Shown here: positions 26,371 through 41,172 of the stretch, in pieces
Layout: the number at the start of each line of letters is the position of its first letter
Position numbering within the stretch: the first letter of the stretch is position 1
Source of the DNA: Octopus sinensis
Lineage: Eukaryota
Assembly (NCBI RefSeq): GCF_006345805.1
Contig: NC_043003.1
Coordinates: 20,088,001-20,152,000 of the forward strand
Length of the DNA stretch: 64,000 bases
Direction: 5' to 3'
Position numbers and translations under genes: made by a program
Notes under the pieces: model-generated
Databases searched by the model: none
The model's input: only the letters and a program-made list of their open reading frames with translations
What the model was told of the DNA's origin: nothing

Positions 26371-26595
26371 TATTTCTTTATTGCCCACAAGGGGCTAAAC
26401 ACAGAGGGGACAAACAAGGACAAACAAAGAGATTAAGTCGATTACATCGACCCCAGTGCGTAACTGGTACTTAATTTATCGACCCCGAAAGGATGAAAGG
26501 CAAAGTCGACCTCGGCGGAATTTGAACTCAGAACGTAACAGCAGACGAAATACTGCTACGCATTTCGCCCGGCGTGCTAACGGTTCTGCCAGCTC
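26371..26595 (-). mobile_element. SINE family B, young monomer
   Basis: Near-identical to 20788-21016. Confidence 0.93.
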
Positions 26596-27073
26596 ATGTC
26601 CTTTCTGCTTCAGTGACACGTAGATTTGTGTATCATCGGTTCTTTCAATTTTCCTCAAGACACCCAAATTCTCTTGCGATCTCTCCTTTTTCTCTCTCTC
26701 TCTCTCTCTGTCTCTCTATTTATCTGTCTATCTTTTCGTCTTTTCAGAGGCGTGTTTAATTGCATACCCCACTCTAAGGAGCGAACATATAATGTCTTTC
26801 TCTCAATATCTTTTCCTCCCACTTTCAATAATCCTGTGTATTATTGCTTCCGTTCAATACCTCGCTTTTAGTCACCCATATATTTTCTCCCATATATATA
26901 CATATTGTTGTGTTTGTGTGTGTGTGTTTGGATGTGCGTGTGTATGTATGTGCGCGCGTGTGTGTGTAAGTATGTATATGTATGTATGTATATATATATA
27001 AATATATATGTATGTATAGTCATATATTTATAGGCATATATATATATACATACATATATATATTATATATAAA

Positions 27074-27135
<62 letters not shown>

Positions 27136-27146
27136 CATACATTCAT

Positions 27147-27191
<45 letters not shown>

Positions 27192-27689
27192 AAGTCATAC
27201 ATACCCCTATCGATGTGACATCACTCACTTATTCCCTGAAGTCTATTCCCGTATGTCTATGTCTCTCACACGCACATATGCACTTTCTCACTGTCTTTTG
27301 TCTCTCTCAAAATACATATAAACACACAGACACATATATATACACATGCATTTATATACATATATGCCATACATACCCTAATCGAATGTGACATCATCAT
27401 TTATTCCCTCAACCTCTCTCTGTCTCTTTCTTTGTCTCTCAAACGCACGTGCATTAGTCTCGATGTCATTTCTTTATAAAGTCATAAACACGCATATACA
27501 CGCATATACATATGCACACATAAAAATATACACACTTTCATACAAATGACAAAAGAGAAAAAATAATTCAAAGAAAATCACATAGACTTGCTCTCAAACA
27601 AATCGGCATAAATTAGAATCGTATACAAAACAAGCGGCCATTAGTACACGTATACACACACGCATATAGACATGTCAATTCACACATTA

Positions 27690-27709
27690 CATATATATAT
27701 TTGTAATAT

Positions 27710-27757
<48 letters not shown>

Positions 27758-27853
27758 ATATATTTTATATATATATGTATATATATGTATATATATATAT
27801 ATGTATATATATATAATATGTATATATAGTATATATATGTATATATATATTAG

Positions 27854-27884
<31 letters not shown>

Positions 27885-28144
27885 GTATATTATATATATA
27901 TGTATATATATATATATATGTATATATATATGTATTTATTATATATGTATATATATATATGTATATATATATATGTATATATATATGCATATATATATGT
28001 ATATATATATATGTATATATATATGCATATATATATGATATATATATATATATGTATAATATATATATGTAATATATATGTATACATATATATATTTATA
28101 TATATATATATATATAATATGTATACATATTATATATATTTGTA

Positions 28145-28181
<37 letters not shown>

Positions 28182-28230
28182 ACATATATATATTTATATA
28201 TATAATATATGTATTTATGTATGTATATAT
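27690..28230. repeat. Degenerate (TA)n block
   Basis: Direct reading. Confidence 0.95.
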
Positions 28231-28980
28231 ACTTACATGCGCACACACAAGCAATCACAAAAGTACGCATGCTCTATGCATGCAAAAAAACACGAACCAA
28301 ATCGTTAGATGCATAACTACACACACACATAGTCCATCACAAGCAAATACACTCGTATACACACAAACACACATATACATACACAAGCACATAAACGCAT
28401 ATACACACACGTATACATATATACATATACACACATAAATTACTCTCAGGCACACACATTTATAACTCTCATGCACACACACACACACTTAATCTGAAGA
28501 TGGTGTGTCAGTGATTAACCAAATCAATAGAACTGAGAATAAAAGCCAGTTCATTTTAGGAGCCAGCCAATCACGGCGTCTGTTTTCACACTAATGCGCA
28601 TGTCACTAATTTGCTATTCATAGCTCCAGATGTACTTTATACAAAGGCTCTTATTGTTTTTTGACTTCGTTTTGTTTAGACTGCCGTGACGTGTTCTTGA
28701 TTTTAATTAAATTTTGTTGTTGAGTTTTCCGATAAATCTCTACAATTTTGTATGCATTTGTGTGTATGGACGGATGTGTATGTGAGTGTATGCACGCGTG
28801 TGTGTATGTGTGTATAAATATTTGGGTGATTACATCTATATATTTAAGACGGTGTATATGTGTGTGCTTTATATTTTGATCGGTGTGTGTGGTAATTCTG
28901 GATGGATGAATACACATATGTATGTATATATATTATATATATATATTATATATATATATACATATGTGTATTTGTTTGTT

Positions 28981-29076
<96 letters not shown>

Positions 29077-29561
29077 TTATCAATTTATCTATCTACCTAC
29101 CTACCTTTCTACCTGCCTACCCATCTGCCTAACTACCTATTTATCAACCTACCTAATTATCGGGACTGCGATTATGCTGGGACGCCATCATTAACACTTA
29201 GTTCTTTAAAGTTTGGCACTTTATTCTATGGCACTCTTTTGCCGTGCAGCTGAGTTACGAAAACAACAAACCAACAGTATTTGTTAAGCATGGGGCACAA
29301 GCACACAAACATATATACACAAATGTACGACGGCCTTGTAATATTCGTATGTTGTTTTTATATATATATATATATATATATAGTTATGTACTATCTGTGT
29401 ATATCCCACAGAAGAGGCAGAAAATATTATGCATAACCAGGAATATAGATCAAGGATCTTTTCTGCATGGTACTGTATGGGTACTTGATATGGTTTTAGA
29501 GTCAAGTTTTAACTACTATCTCTAGCATGGTGGTATCTTTTAGATACCCTTAATTATAATT

Positions 29562-29593
<32 letters not shown>

Positions 29594-29863
29594 TATATAA
29601 TATAAATAATATATAAATATATGCATATATACATACATATATGTACATAGCTAATATATAGTATATATACATGCATATATGGGTGTAGGACATAAAAAAA
29701 ACGTTGAACACCATGAGAAACGAAAACATAAAACAAAAACATAGAAAACGAACTTTTTATCGAACAACGAAAAGAAAAAGAAAAAAAGGAAACATGCAGC
29801 ATAAAGAACATCCCCTTCATCAGTTTCCCTGTTTCATCTACTCCGTGTTCGAAGGCAAGTATA

Positions 29864-29936
<73 letters not shown>

Positions 29937-30050
29937 ATTATATTATATTTATATATACATATAGATTAGGACAGATATTCTCAGTAAAGAATTCACTTCG
30001 CAGTGCTCAAAAGATTTGAACTTGAGCAAGTAGAGGAGCAAATGTATGGA

Positions 30051-30381
30051 GAAGTAAGTTAGGCAGGTCTATATACAAAAAATATTAAATACATTTAATA
30101 CAAGAAGTGTACATATATATACATATAAAAACAGTCCGACTTACACAGAATGGAATTGAGGGGTTGAGTAGGAGTTTTACAAGTACAACAGCTGTTTCTG
30201 AGTACTTGGTGGTCCCAAATAATGCTTGATTCCATCATCGGATACCATCAACCTCCGTCTACATGGAAGAATTTTACATTTGAGGTGTTGACAGAATGGA
30301 GATTAAAGATGTATACATAAGTATATATCTTGTATTAAATGTATTTAATATTTTTTTAATATCGACTTGCCTAATTTGCTT
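30051..30381 (-). mobile_element. Probable Penelope pLTR with inverted ends and internal hammerhead relic
   Basis: 30051-30105 is a diverged reverse complement of 30328-30381; minus 30183-30245 reads guau-CcGAUGA...GAAA-cagcug-UU-guac. Confidence 0.6.
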
Positions 30382-30396
30382 GTCATTACATTACTG

Positions 30397-30454
<58 letters not shown>

Positions 30455-30835
30455 CATTCATATATACGCATATATAGTTTTGTTTATATACATACATACA
30501 TACATACATACATACATACAGGCATACATACAATGTATGCTAGAAGGTTTGCAAATCTAATGGAGACCTTCAAAGATATTTAAAGATCCACAAAGACGAG
30601 AACTTATCTGTAGCTCATGGTGGTCCAAATCGGATATGCAATCTATGTGGGGGTCTTTTCAGAACATTGACTGATTTAAAAAAAGCCACATCAGATGCCA
30701 TGATGGTTGTAAGGTGTAGGTACAGGTACAGGAGGTGGTGAAATTCTGTATAAGGAGTCGACAACCACCATATATAAATAAATATATATATATATATATA
30801 TATACACCACACCACCACACACATATACATACAGA

Positions 30836-30998
30836 CGTGGCTGTGTGGTAAGAAGTTCGTTTTCTAATCACAGTGTTGGTGTGTTTACATCTTCGTGACT
30901 TAATTAAGGATTAGGATCGATTCGCTCGACTGAAATTTTGGGAGGTGGTGCTCCAGCATGGCCGCATCCCAATGGCTGAAACAAGTAAACGATAAACG
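30836..30998 (+). mobile_element. SINE family A, internally deleted
   Basis: Head gtggctgtgtggtaagaag joined to tail ggtgtgtttacat...gctccagcatggccgc...gaaacaagtaaa. Confidence 0.75.
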
Positions 30999-31428
30999 AC
31001 ATCCACAAACATACACATACGCAGAAACGCACTTATTTATTGGTGTACCTTGGGAACTATATTTCATTTAAAGAACATTGTGCAACTTGCATTTCTTTTG
31101 GAATAAGTCTTTTGTTAATCCTTTCCATAAATCCTGATTAATTTTTTTTCTCTCTTATTGATGTATGAATGCAGATGTAGTCTAAATTATGTGATACATA
31201 AATACATTTCCAATTTTCTGTCACTCTCTTCATATTCATACATACACACATGTACATATATTCTCTTGTGTGTGTCTCTATGCCACACTTCATTTCTCTC
31301 TCTCTTTTTCTATCCCTCTCTGTATGGATTTGTTTCTCCCTCGTATGTCACCCCACTGTTTCTCTTATTCACACACACATACACACACACTCACGCACAC
31401 ACACTCACACGCACACACACACACACTC

Positions 31429-31476
<48 letters not shown>

Positions 31477-31640
31477 GTGTATTTTTTTAATGTGTACAAA
31501 TAATACTGAAAAAAAATGAATAGTTACCAGGGTAGCAAAAATTCACATAAGTACCAAGGATGTAACAGTCTGCTTATAAAGGTAGAAATTCCAGGGTTTA
31601 GTGAAATGCTTTTATATTCCATAAAAAAAAAAAAATGGAG

Positions 31641-31820
31641 TTAAACGCAGGTGTTATTCAAATCTTTATACTTTTTGAATAACACCTGCGTTTAAGTATA
31701 TGCGTTGTTTGAATATACGTTGTTTGAATATGCGTTGTTTGAATATACGTTGTTTGAATATGCGTTGTTTGAATATACGTTGTTTGAATAACACCTGCCT
31801 TTTAAGTATATGCGTTGTTT
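31641..31820. repeat. 22-bp perfect hairpin followed by six alternating 15-bp tandem units
   Basis: Arms 31641-31662 and 31674-31695; units tatgcgttgtttgaa/tatacgttgtttgaa at 31699-31788. Confidence 0.92.
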
Positions 31821-32160
31821 CCTTTCTATCGCTACTGTAATGGTCTCTATTCTTCGGAGCTGGTTGGGATCCTGCTACCTTCTCTTAAGCACTGTCTTCT
31901 CCCCTCCTTTGACTCGTCTTTCCCCCTCTCATCCTCTATGTGGTGTTCAATGTCACTCAAGTCCTGTACTAAGCAATTCGTTAATTTCGTCCAATAAACC
32001 GTGTCCTAATTGATTGTCCTCCCTGCATATGCCTTTCCTGTCGTCATCGATTTACGATAGTTTAAGTGGGATGTTAACAGCATAAAACTGACCAATCTTT
32101 CAGGGCCTACGAAGACCATGGGCACTGCTCCATCCTTTAGAACTAACTAATAAAATAAAC
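31815..32160 (+). mobile_element. CR1-like LINE 3' remnant
   Basis: FYRYCNGLYSSELVG matches the motif seen at 22145-22860; ends in aataaaataaa. Confidence 0.65.
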
Positions 32161-34784
32161 GACTGCGATGCTGTGCAATAGGTTTGTTCCAGTTGAGCGG
32201 ACGCAACATCAAACGTCGCATTGTCGGCTTGTCGGAAGCTTGTATGACTCTCACCTCTTAGAAGTGAACGGAAAAAATGAGTTTTCATTAAAAAAGTTTA
32301 TGAAGAATATCTTTATTGATTATTGACTTCAAATATTAGTCTGAAGCAGCAGGAAGAGAAAAAATATTACATTTACCCTAAAAACATTTACCCATTTACA
32401 AACCAAACTAACAAGAATTCGTCTAGCAATATATTTGAAATATCGCCACCCTGTAACTTGTATAGTTATTAGCTTTGTAGCTTTCAATGAAAGCAGTTAT
32501 GATTAGCGGAGACTCAATCAATGTATTTTAGTTCGTTTTTGATCTTCGTTTTAATATTGCAGACTTTTTCTTTTCTCTGACGTAACCCACTCCCAAATAT
32601 GTTAAAACATTATTTTCTATTATTAACACTTTGCTTCTATTTCTTCCGGGAAGCTCAGTTTCGCTTTCCAGTCTTAGCTACCTTCACGTCTGCATGTCAA
32701 TTTATTCTCTTGCGAAACATTTCCACCCCACCTCATACAAACAAACAAACACAGCAAATAAATGTTACATATTTCAAGCCCCATCCTTTAATATTACGTA
32801 AAATCTTCATATCTGTTTAAAAGGAGATTAATTGCTTTGACCTCACCGTTTCTGTTTCCTCTAAGTAGCAACCCATTTGTACAAACTACTCACCAGAGGC
32901 AGATGCAATAATGTATATATAAGCACCTCATAAAATATGACTGGCTCTTAAGAGCCAGAATTTTGCTGTAGTTTCGTGATGACGTTAAGTAGACGAGTTA
33001 AATTCCTCCGGATAGAACTCTCGTCTTTCGCAGATATCTCCAGATAAATTCGTACAAATCATTGAATGTTTAATTAACCTGTTAAAACCAGCTACCAACG
33101 AACATAAAACAAAATGCTTGCAGCAGACTTGAAATTACGATCTATATACCAGCATAGAAATACATTTGTCACTCAACAGTTTTGCATCTGCTTAATGGAG
33201 GAAACAACACCCATACTACATAAATAAATTAATCATAATGTTTAAATATATTTATCTTATGCCGAAATACTGTTTAGATAAAGGAAATGATGTTAGTAAA
33301 CACCGCTTGGATAGCTAGTGGCTTTCAACCTTTTGTAGTTCAGCTCTACTTTCTCGAAATGGCGTTTTACATACGCTCTTACACAATGTTTGGATTAAAA
33401 AATAGAGAACTCGAACAGATTACTTTTTTCAATCAAACTAATTTTGTGCAATCCACTACTATACTGGACGAGGTTTCACAACAACCTTCATAACTCCAGA
33501 TAGACTTGTATGTGGAATTTATGAGTTGTAAGGAAAATGAACACGTATAACGTAATACGTATTTATGCTTTGTATGATGTACACGTGTTTCAGAAAAACG
33601 AACAAATAGATTACATTATCATAAATGTCCTGTTAGGCAACAAATGTAGACGGCTCATTTCGTTGGCATTACTGGCAAAAATACCAATTAGTATTTCTGC
33701 CAATAATATTGAAGAAATGACACGGATACAACGTATATGATATTAAAATTACCATGAAAGTTAGTTCTTATGGGCATTGAACGAATTCTTAGTCAGGCTG
33801 TAAAAAAAAAATAGACTCCATGGTTAAAAAAGACTCTCAATAACCAAAGTGTAAGCAAGATTGTTACTTTTAGCAATAAAAGATAGGTTGCGCTTCTTTT
33901 CACGACTGAACTTTAATATTTTTCTTTTAAATCTTAGGTCTTCGTAACTTTTGTTACTTTTGGTGTTACAACCACCAATTTTTCTGTTTTATTTGAAAGT
34001 AAAATAGTGGCCAATCAGTAAAAGTTAAATGAACTTTGCCATGCTAAATTATTAAATTCATTATTATGAATTGTATTATGAATGTATAATTCTGAGAAAA
34101 AATAATAAAAACCAAACCGTGGAGACACTATGATTATTTTTCAATTATATGACTTAATACAGTAAACTATTAATGAAATTCGTAAACATGATACTTAAAT
34201 TAGGAAAAGCTAGTAACATAAAATTCCATCAACTTTTGCTTCGTATTGAAATTTAGTATATCTTTTATAATTTTTACCGAATATATCATACAATAGCTGT
34301 CTGTTACAACACTATCAATCACTTTACTTGTTTTGAACAAACATTACGTGTGTGCATTTCATCATAAATTCAACATAAAATTTTGATATTGCTTAAAATC
34401 ATTTTTATATTCAAAATATTTTAATGATTATAATTATACTAATTAATAGTATTAACATTAGTACTTTACTGTAGTGTCATTCACACAAGTTACAGAAATA
34501 GGAATCACCGAAGAACTCAAATGCGAAACAAACTATCAAATCAGTTATTGTCCATTATGAAATTAATAAAATTTGAAGTACAGTTAATAACATTTGGTTA
34601 CAGACATAAGTAATAGTGAGATATATGTATATGATGATGCACTAAGTAACAAAATAAAACCGTATCACAGTTCGTATAGGGCAAATTTGCCCTATAAGAT
34701 TAATGCTGAAGAGTTGCAATTAATACTGAAAAGTTGCAGAAAGTTCTTGAATGATGTTGAAGTTAACTTTGGCTTCGACTTTTA

Positions 34785-34982
34785 GTACCAAGGCTAGCAA
34801 TTTTGGGAGAGAGGATAAGTCGATTACATTGACCCCAGAGTTCAGTTGGTATTTATTTTATTTACTCCGAAAGAATAAAAGTCAAAGTCGACCTCGGCGG
34901 GATTTGAACTCAACGTGAAGACGGACGAAATACCACTAAGTATTTTGCCCAGCGTACTAATAATTCTGTCTGCTTGCCGCCG
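34785..34982 (-). mobile_element. SINE family B
   Basis: caaagtcgacctcggcgggatttgaactc...gacgaaatacc...gcttgccgcc. Confidence 0.85.
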
Positions 34983-35427
34983 TAGCGGTCTTCTTCTTCC
35001 AATCAGGACTTACGCCATTAGCCACAAAGAATAATCTCTAATTCGCGCCTACTCTAAGCTGCTAAAAATGCGTGTGGCAACATGAAGATCCACCCACCAC
35101 ACGCGATAGACTGGCGGTTGCATGGGCGCGAAAGCTACGTTGTTATCTTCATTCCATAAACGGTGGCTTTTAACGAGTGGAGAGCTGAACCATCATGGAG
35201 TACAGAGGATTCGCAATCTAGACTAGGGTCTGGAAGTTTACCAAACCATAGTGGGTTACACCACGGTTCCTCTGCTTTGCGGCAGAAGTAGGAAGAGTGA
35301 GAGAAAGTTGTGTGGAAAGAGTACAGTGGGGTTTGTAGGTCTCCCTTTAACTTTATTTGATCAATGCGAAATAGAGGAAGTTGAGAGCCAGTGGCGTAAA
35401 CTGTTAAAGCTCGTTTGGAAAAATATA

Positions 35428-35646
35428 CCGGGGGAGCTCAAAATTTCCTGGCCTCGGATAAAAGAAATTACAGGAGGATCAGTTACGTATGATTTTATTA
35501 AACATATTCCCCTCTCAAATTCACACACTTATTGCTGCAGTCCTTCAGTTTTTCCAAGCCCTATAAAAAATCATCTCAGAAGGTTGGGCCTCCAATCAGG
35601 TCCTTCCCGATACCCTTAAAACCAGGAACTTTTCAGCACTCCCTCA
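35428..35646. mobile_element. Mariner-type MITE
   Basis: Imperfect TIRs ccgggggagctcaaaatttcctgg / ccaggaacttttcagcactccctca with flanking TA. Confidence 0.7.
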
Positions 35647-36125
35647 TATTGACCGGTTAAAATTTTATTGTAAAGCACCAACATTTGAAATTGAAGCTGG
35701 TTCACAGACGTTGCTAAATTTATTAGAATAAGCATTGATTGTTTACAGAGTGTCATTAAGCAATGCTACGGTTGAAAGAATGTTTTCGTCAGTGATCTAC
35801 ACCGAAACTAAAGTAAAAAAAATTACTGAGGAAGACAATTAAATTCTTGACGCAATAGCAATTTAGTTTTTAAAGATAATGGAAAAATTCTATTGAATAC
35901 CATATTAAATGAGAAAATTAGAACTGACGTGTAGGCATATATATGTATATAAAAATATGTGTGTGTGTGTGTATACACACACGCAGATATATATATATAT
36001 ATATAATATATATATATATATATTATATATAGAAGAGAGAGAGAGAGAGAAAAAAGAGAGGAGTGATACCTATATTCATATATATTCATATATAAACATA
36101 TGTACGTATAAAATACATCTGTCTG

Positions 36126-36170
<45 letters not shown>

Positions 36171-36227
36171 TTATTATCTATCTGTATTAGATCTATAATT
36201 ATATATATATATATATACATATATATG

Positions 36228-36299
<72 letters not shown>

Positions 36300-36461
36300 A
36301 ATACATATATATATACATGCATATATAACGTGTCTATCTCCCTTTTTCTCTCTATGTATATAGATATCTGTATGTATTACATATTTACACACACCACACA
36401 CACACATATTATATATATATATATATACACATGCATACATATACACAACTATGTCTATCGG

Positions 36462-36497
<36 letters not shown>

Positions 36498-36538
36498 ATC
36501 AATCTATCTGTCTGTCTGTCTATCTGTCTGTCTTTCTG

Positions 36539-36642
<104 letters not shown>

Positions 36643-37199
36643 CGTATTTACAAAACTTTCCCTTTTGGGCAATTTTCATATACAATTCGCTACTTTTTCT
36701 AAGTTCTCTCTACTTTTTTTCTAAAATTGATCTGGCTACCAAGGTAACAAGAACGAATCGACAAATTTATTATTTACACGGTACTACAAAATTAACTGTG
36801 TTTATTAATTAAATTCCTCACAGCGAAATATGTTTACTAAACATGTGATTACAATTTTTATTAAAATTTTGATTATAGAAACACTATGTCAGTATTCCAA
36901 CTTTACACCGTATTATAAATAAGAACGAGTCTGGTTCGATCATTACGTTACATATATATTACATTTCATATATATATATCATATTAATCAATAATTACAT
37001 CTCGGACTTTACTTCATTGACCATGGTCTAGTCGTACAAATGCTATTTCGATACCATTTACCGTTTTTTTCTTTGCCGTAGATTTATAAGTAGATATATT
37101 CTACTGATATTTATTCCTGAAGAGAGACATTTAGTGTATGTGTGTGATTGCATTCAGACTATTTGATGTATCATTTCTGAAATTTTGGTTGTAGAAAAT

Positions 37200-37830
37200 T
37201 TGGAAGGGTATATTATCTAGACAATAGTACCTACTTTTTATGCTGTGATTATTAAAGATCTTTTGATACATCTGTGTTACAAGGAAGTTATTTCCTATAT
37301 GGGGTATTTTAGATAGTTTGACTTGGATGAAGGGGTTGTGCTTATGATTTTCGTAAGCACTCAGGGACTTCTGTGACCGATGTTGTTGAATTCTCATGAA
37401 CAGCTGAAAGTTGACTATAAGAGAAACACGAATAGGGATAGAATTCTTGAAAACAATCCTGAGAAAGAAGGGGCAGGAATCGATATCATGACAGCAAAGC
37501 AAAACCAGGAAGCAATAGCTCTGCAGGCCAGGTGTTAGAGTGTATTGGTGAGCGGATTCATATCATTAGGCCGACAGTTTCACTTTGCATTTGAGTATAC
37601 CAACACAGTCCCAGTTTTGAGAACATAACTTCATTGTAGGTTTCAAAAGAGCTTCTTATAGGGCTAGTAACTTTTGGGAGCCAAAACATTTTATGAGCCT
37701 AAAGAACAGGGTCCGACTATGTGATGCAGTTTTTGCTATGTTCACGATTCAAAATTGTCAAGGGAGATAATCATTAATGGTAAAATGAGGTTCACAATTT
37801 GTAGATTTCATACTTTAAGGAGGAGGATTA
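37200..37830 (-). mobile_element. Highly decayed CR1-like LINE remnant
   Basis: IVNIAKTASHSRTLFFRLIKCFGSQKLLAL*EALLKPTMKLCSQNWD and PLTNTL*HLACRAIAS resemble the post-RT region of CR1-group ORF2. Confidence 0.55.
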
Positions 37831-37959
37831 TATCGGATGAATATTGTCTTCCTCGATCTAACGTGTCTTCATACCGATTGTTCAATATACTTCAGATTTT
37901 CGACTAAGTATTTACTAACGATGCGTTATACTGGGAAGATAGTGGAATTGCACGTATAC

Positions 37960-38373
37960 ATGTTTGTATGTATGTATGTATGTATGTATGTATGTATGTA
38001 TGTATGTATGTACGTACGTACGTACGTACGTATGTATGTATGTATGTATGTATGTATGTATGTATATATGTATATATGTATGTATATATATATGTATGTA
38101 TGTATGTATGTACGTATGTATGTATATATATGTATGTATATATGTATGTATGTGTGAATGTACGTATATATGTATGCATATATGTATATATGTATGTATA
38201 TGTGTGTATGCGTGCGTGTCCCTTCCTTCACTCATTTACTCTCTCTTTCTCTTATTCTGTCTTTCCTTTCATACACACATACACGCACGCACACACTAAC
38301 ACACAGTCACACACCCATATCGACAAAGACAAACGCCACAAATACAATATATATATATACACACACGCACATG

Positions 38374-38418
<45 letters not shown>

Positions 38419-38464
38419 GTATATATATATATATATAGTATATATCTATATAATATATTATATG

Positions 38465-38497
<33 letters not shown>

Positions 38498-38513
38498 TAT
38501 ATATATATATATG

Positions 38514-38560
<47 letters not shown>

Positions 38561-38607
38561 GTATATATATATATATATAATATATATGTATTATATATGT
38601 ATATATA

Positions 38608-38662
<55 letters not shown>

Positions 38663-38745
38663 TATATATATATAATGTATATTATATGTATATATGTATT
38701 ATATATATATATGTAATATATATTGTATATATATATATATGTATA

Positions 38746-38793
<48 letters not shown>

Positions 38794-38824
38794 GTATTAT
38801 ATATGTATATAATATATGTATATA

Positions 38825-38867
<43 letters not shown>

Positions 38868-38904
38868 ATATATATATATATATATATGTATATATAATAT
38901 ATGT

Positions 38905-38968
<64 letters not shown>

Positions 38969-38989
38969 TGTATATATTATTATATTATG

Positions 38990-39027
<38 letters not shown>

Positions 39028-39032
39028 GATAT

Positions 39033-39064
<32 letters not shown>

Positions 39065-39100
39065 TATGTAATATATATATATGTATATATAATATATATA
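37960..39100. repeat. (TATG)n followed by a long degenerate (TA)n block
   Basis: Direct reading. Confidence 0.95.
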
Positions 39101-40869
39101 AAATATTATTGAGACAAAACCACTATTTGCAAAACAAACAAGGAAAGACTTAATCAATACATAAAATTAATAAATAGTCAAATATATATATTTGTATATA
39201 TATATATACACATATATACATATAAATAATATCGACAAAATTTACGCCAAACTGGAGCTATGAGATTTTTAATGGAGGATCTTCGGTTGCTACACAAAAC
39301 GAAAAGTCAATCTACGCTGTATGTTAATGGGACACAAACACAAATATAGACAATCCGAAGCAATCAGATGAAAATTAAAACTAGAAATGTTAAATGCTCA
39401 CTGAAGATTTACAAGAAAGAAGGGAAACACCACTCATCAATGACCTGATGAATCCACGTTAACTAACACTTAAACCTCCTTCAACAAAACAGAAAGAAAA
39501 AATCAACAACAACGACACAAATACAAAACACCAATATATTTATTTTAATCCCACACAACAAACAGTAATCTTGTGTTATACAGAATTATGTCTTCTTTCT
39601 TTCTTATAATACTCAACTGCATTTAATTCAATCTTGAATTAGATGCAATTCTGTACAATAAAAGATTAAGACTTGTATAAACCCGTCAGCAAGCAAATAT
39701 TGGTCGAGCTTCTTTAAGCGTGCAAGCTCACCATGTTTTAAACTTCCGCTGCAAATCACTGCAATTTGTGCTGACGTAAGTCGACGGTAGAATGAGTTCG
39801 TTTTCATTTTCTTGTTCTTTTGTTTTTGTCTAAAGCTTTTAATTTTTCCTTTCTTTTCCTCGCTTTCTTTCAAAGTTTTTTTTTCTTTTCAAACACTTGA
39901 TTTAATTCTGTTCCAATGGAGAAAACAAATGCCAAATAAAAAAATATTTTAAATCCGAAAAAAATAGTCTAGCAAAAAAAGAAAAGAAAAAAGTACTAAA
40001 AAGATGGAAAAAAATTAGTAAAAAAATCGTATTTGGAAAAAAAAATGAAAAACCAACTGACACATATATAGACGCACACACACACACCACATCTACCCGA
40101 ACAGACACACAAGCGAAATAACTATTAGGACAGCATATACGCTGTATCAAATACATGATTTAATAAAATATGCGTTAATACAGACATTACAGTTCTAGTC
40201 TGTAGCTTCGTGACTTGTAGCCTGAATGAGCATAACGTACTGTTACAAACCTAAAGAGTAAATGTGGCCAAGTGTTTTACTAATGACGTATGTATGTATG
40301 TACGCATGTATGTATGTATGCATGTACGTATGTGTGAATGTGTGTGAGAATGTATATGTGTGCATATATATATATTTATATATATATATATATATTCTAT
40401 ATATATATATATATATGTATGATCAAATTTGTGTGATATTTGTGTATATATATGTATGCCTGTATCTATGTATATATATATAATTATACCACAACGTACA
40501 CATGGGAATACTTACATACACAACGTACACATACGAATACTTACATACACACATAAACGCGCTCACACATTCACACACACACACACGCACATATATATAT
40601 ATACAGGTGAAATTTTGTTATCATGGAATTGACAGGGTATGAAAAAATAATTCGTAACAATGACATCACCAAAGACAAATCGTTAAGATTAAGAGACTTT
40701 TGTTTATGCAGTACACATGAATAGACACATAGCGAATATATGAACAATACGGTTTCGAAAAAGGAAGAAAAAAAAAAGACATGAGCAAGACGGTAAACTT
40801 TCAAACGTGGCAGCCACGCTATTTATATGGAATTAGAGTTGATTTTATAAATTTTATAATTCTTTTTCT

Positions 40870-41172
40870 TTTGTTGCTTCTCGAGCCATGCCTGGCTCAT
40901 AAGGGCTGGTTTTCCGGTTTCCTTTGCGTGTAGGTTTCCCCACTTAGACGGGACGCCGGTCTGTCACAGGTGAGCTGCAAGATGCAGGAGGAAAGAGTGA
41001 GAGAAAGTTGTGGCGAAAGAGTCAGCAGAAATTCGCCATTACCTTCTGCCGGAGCTGCATGGAGCTTAGGTTCTTCGCTCATAAACACACACATCACCCG
41101 ATCTGAGATTCGAACCCGCGATTCCTCGACCGCGAGTTCGCTGCTCTAACCATTAGGCCATGTGCCTCCACA
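40870..41172 (-). mobile_element. tRNA-derived SINE with family D head/body and family C tail
   Basis: Minus head gtggaggcacatggcctaatggttag...gggttcgaatctc; body as 21423-21794; tail ccggcgtcccgtc...gaaaccggaaaacc...atgagcc as 54610-54690. Confidence 0.85.

Noticed and set aside
27196-27412. Diverged ~170-bp-period duplication (catacatacccct..gatgtgacatca..ttattccct)
   Set aside because: Real but old, short and in low-complexity sequence; no sign of function
29805-29860. Minus-strand CUGAUGA in a (TA)n-flanked repeat
   Set aside because: Could not build consistent stems I-III around it; left unassigned
31699-31788. CRISPR-like array
   Set aside because: Units are contiguous with no unique spacers, there are no cas genes, and the context is eukaryotic
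35251-35619. 122-aa ORF
   Set aside because: Runs across a SINE D fragment and a mariner MITE; chance frame
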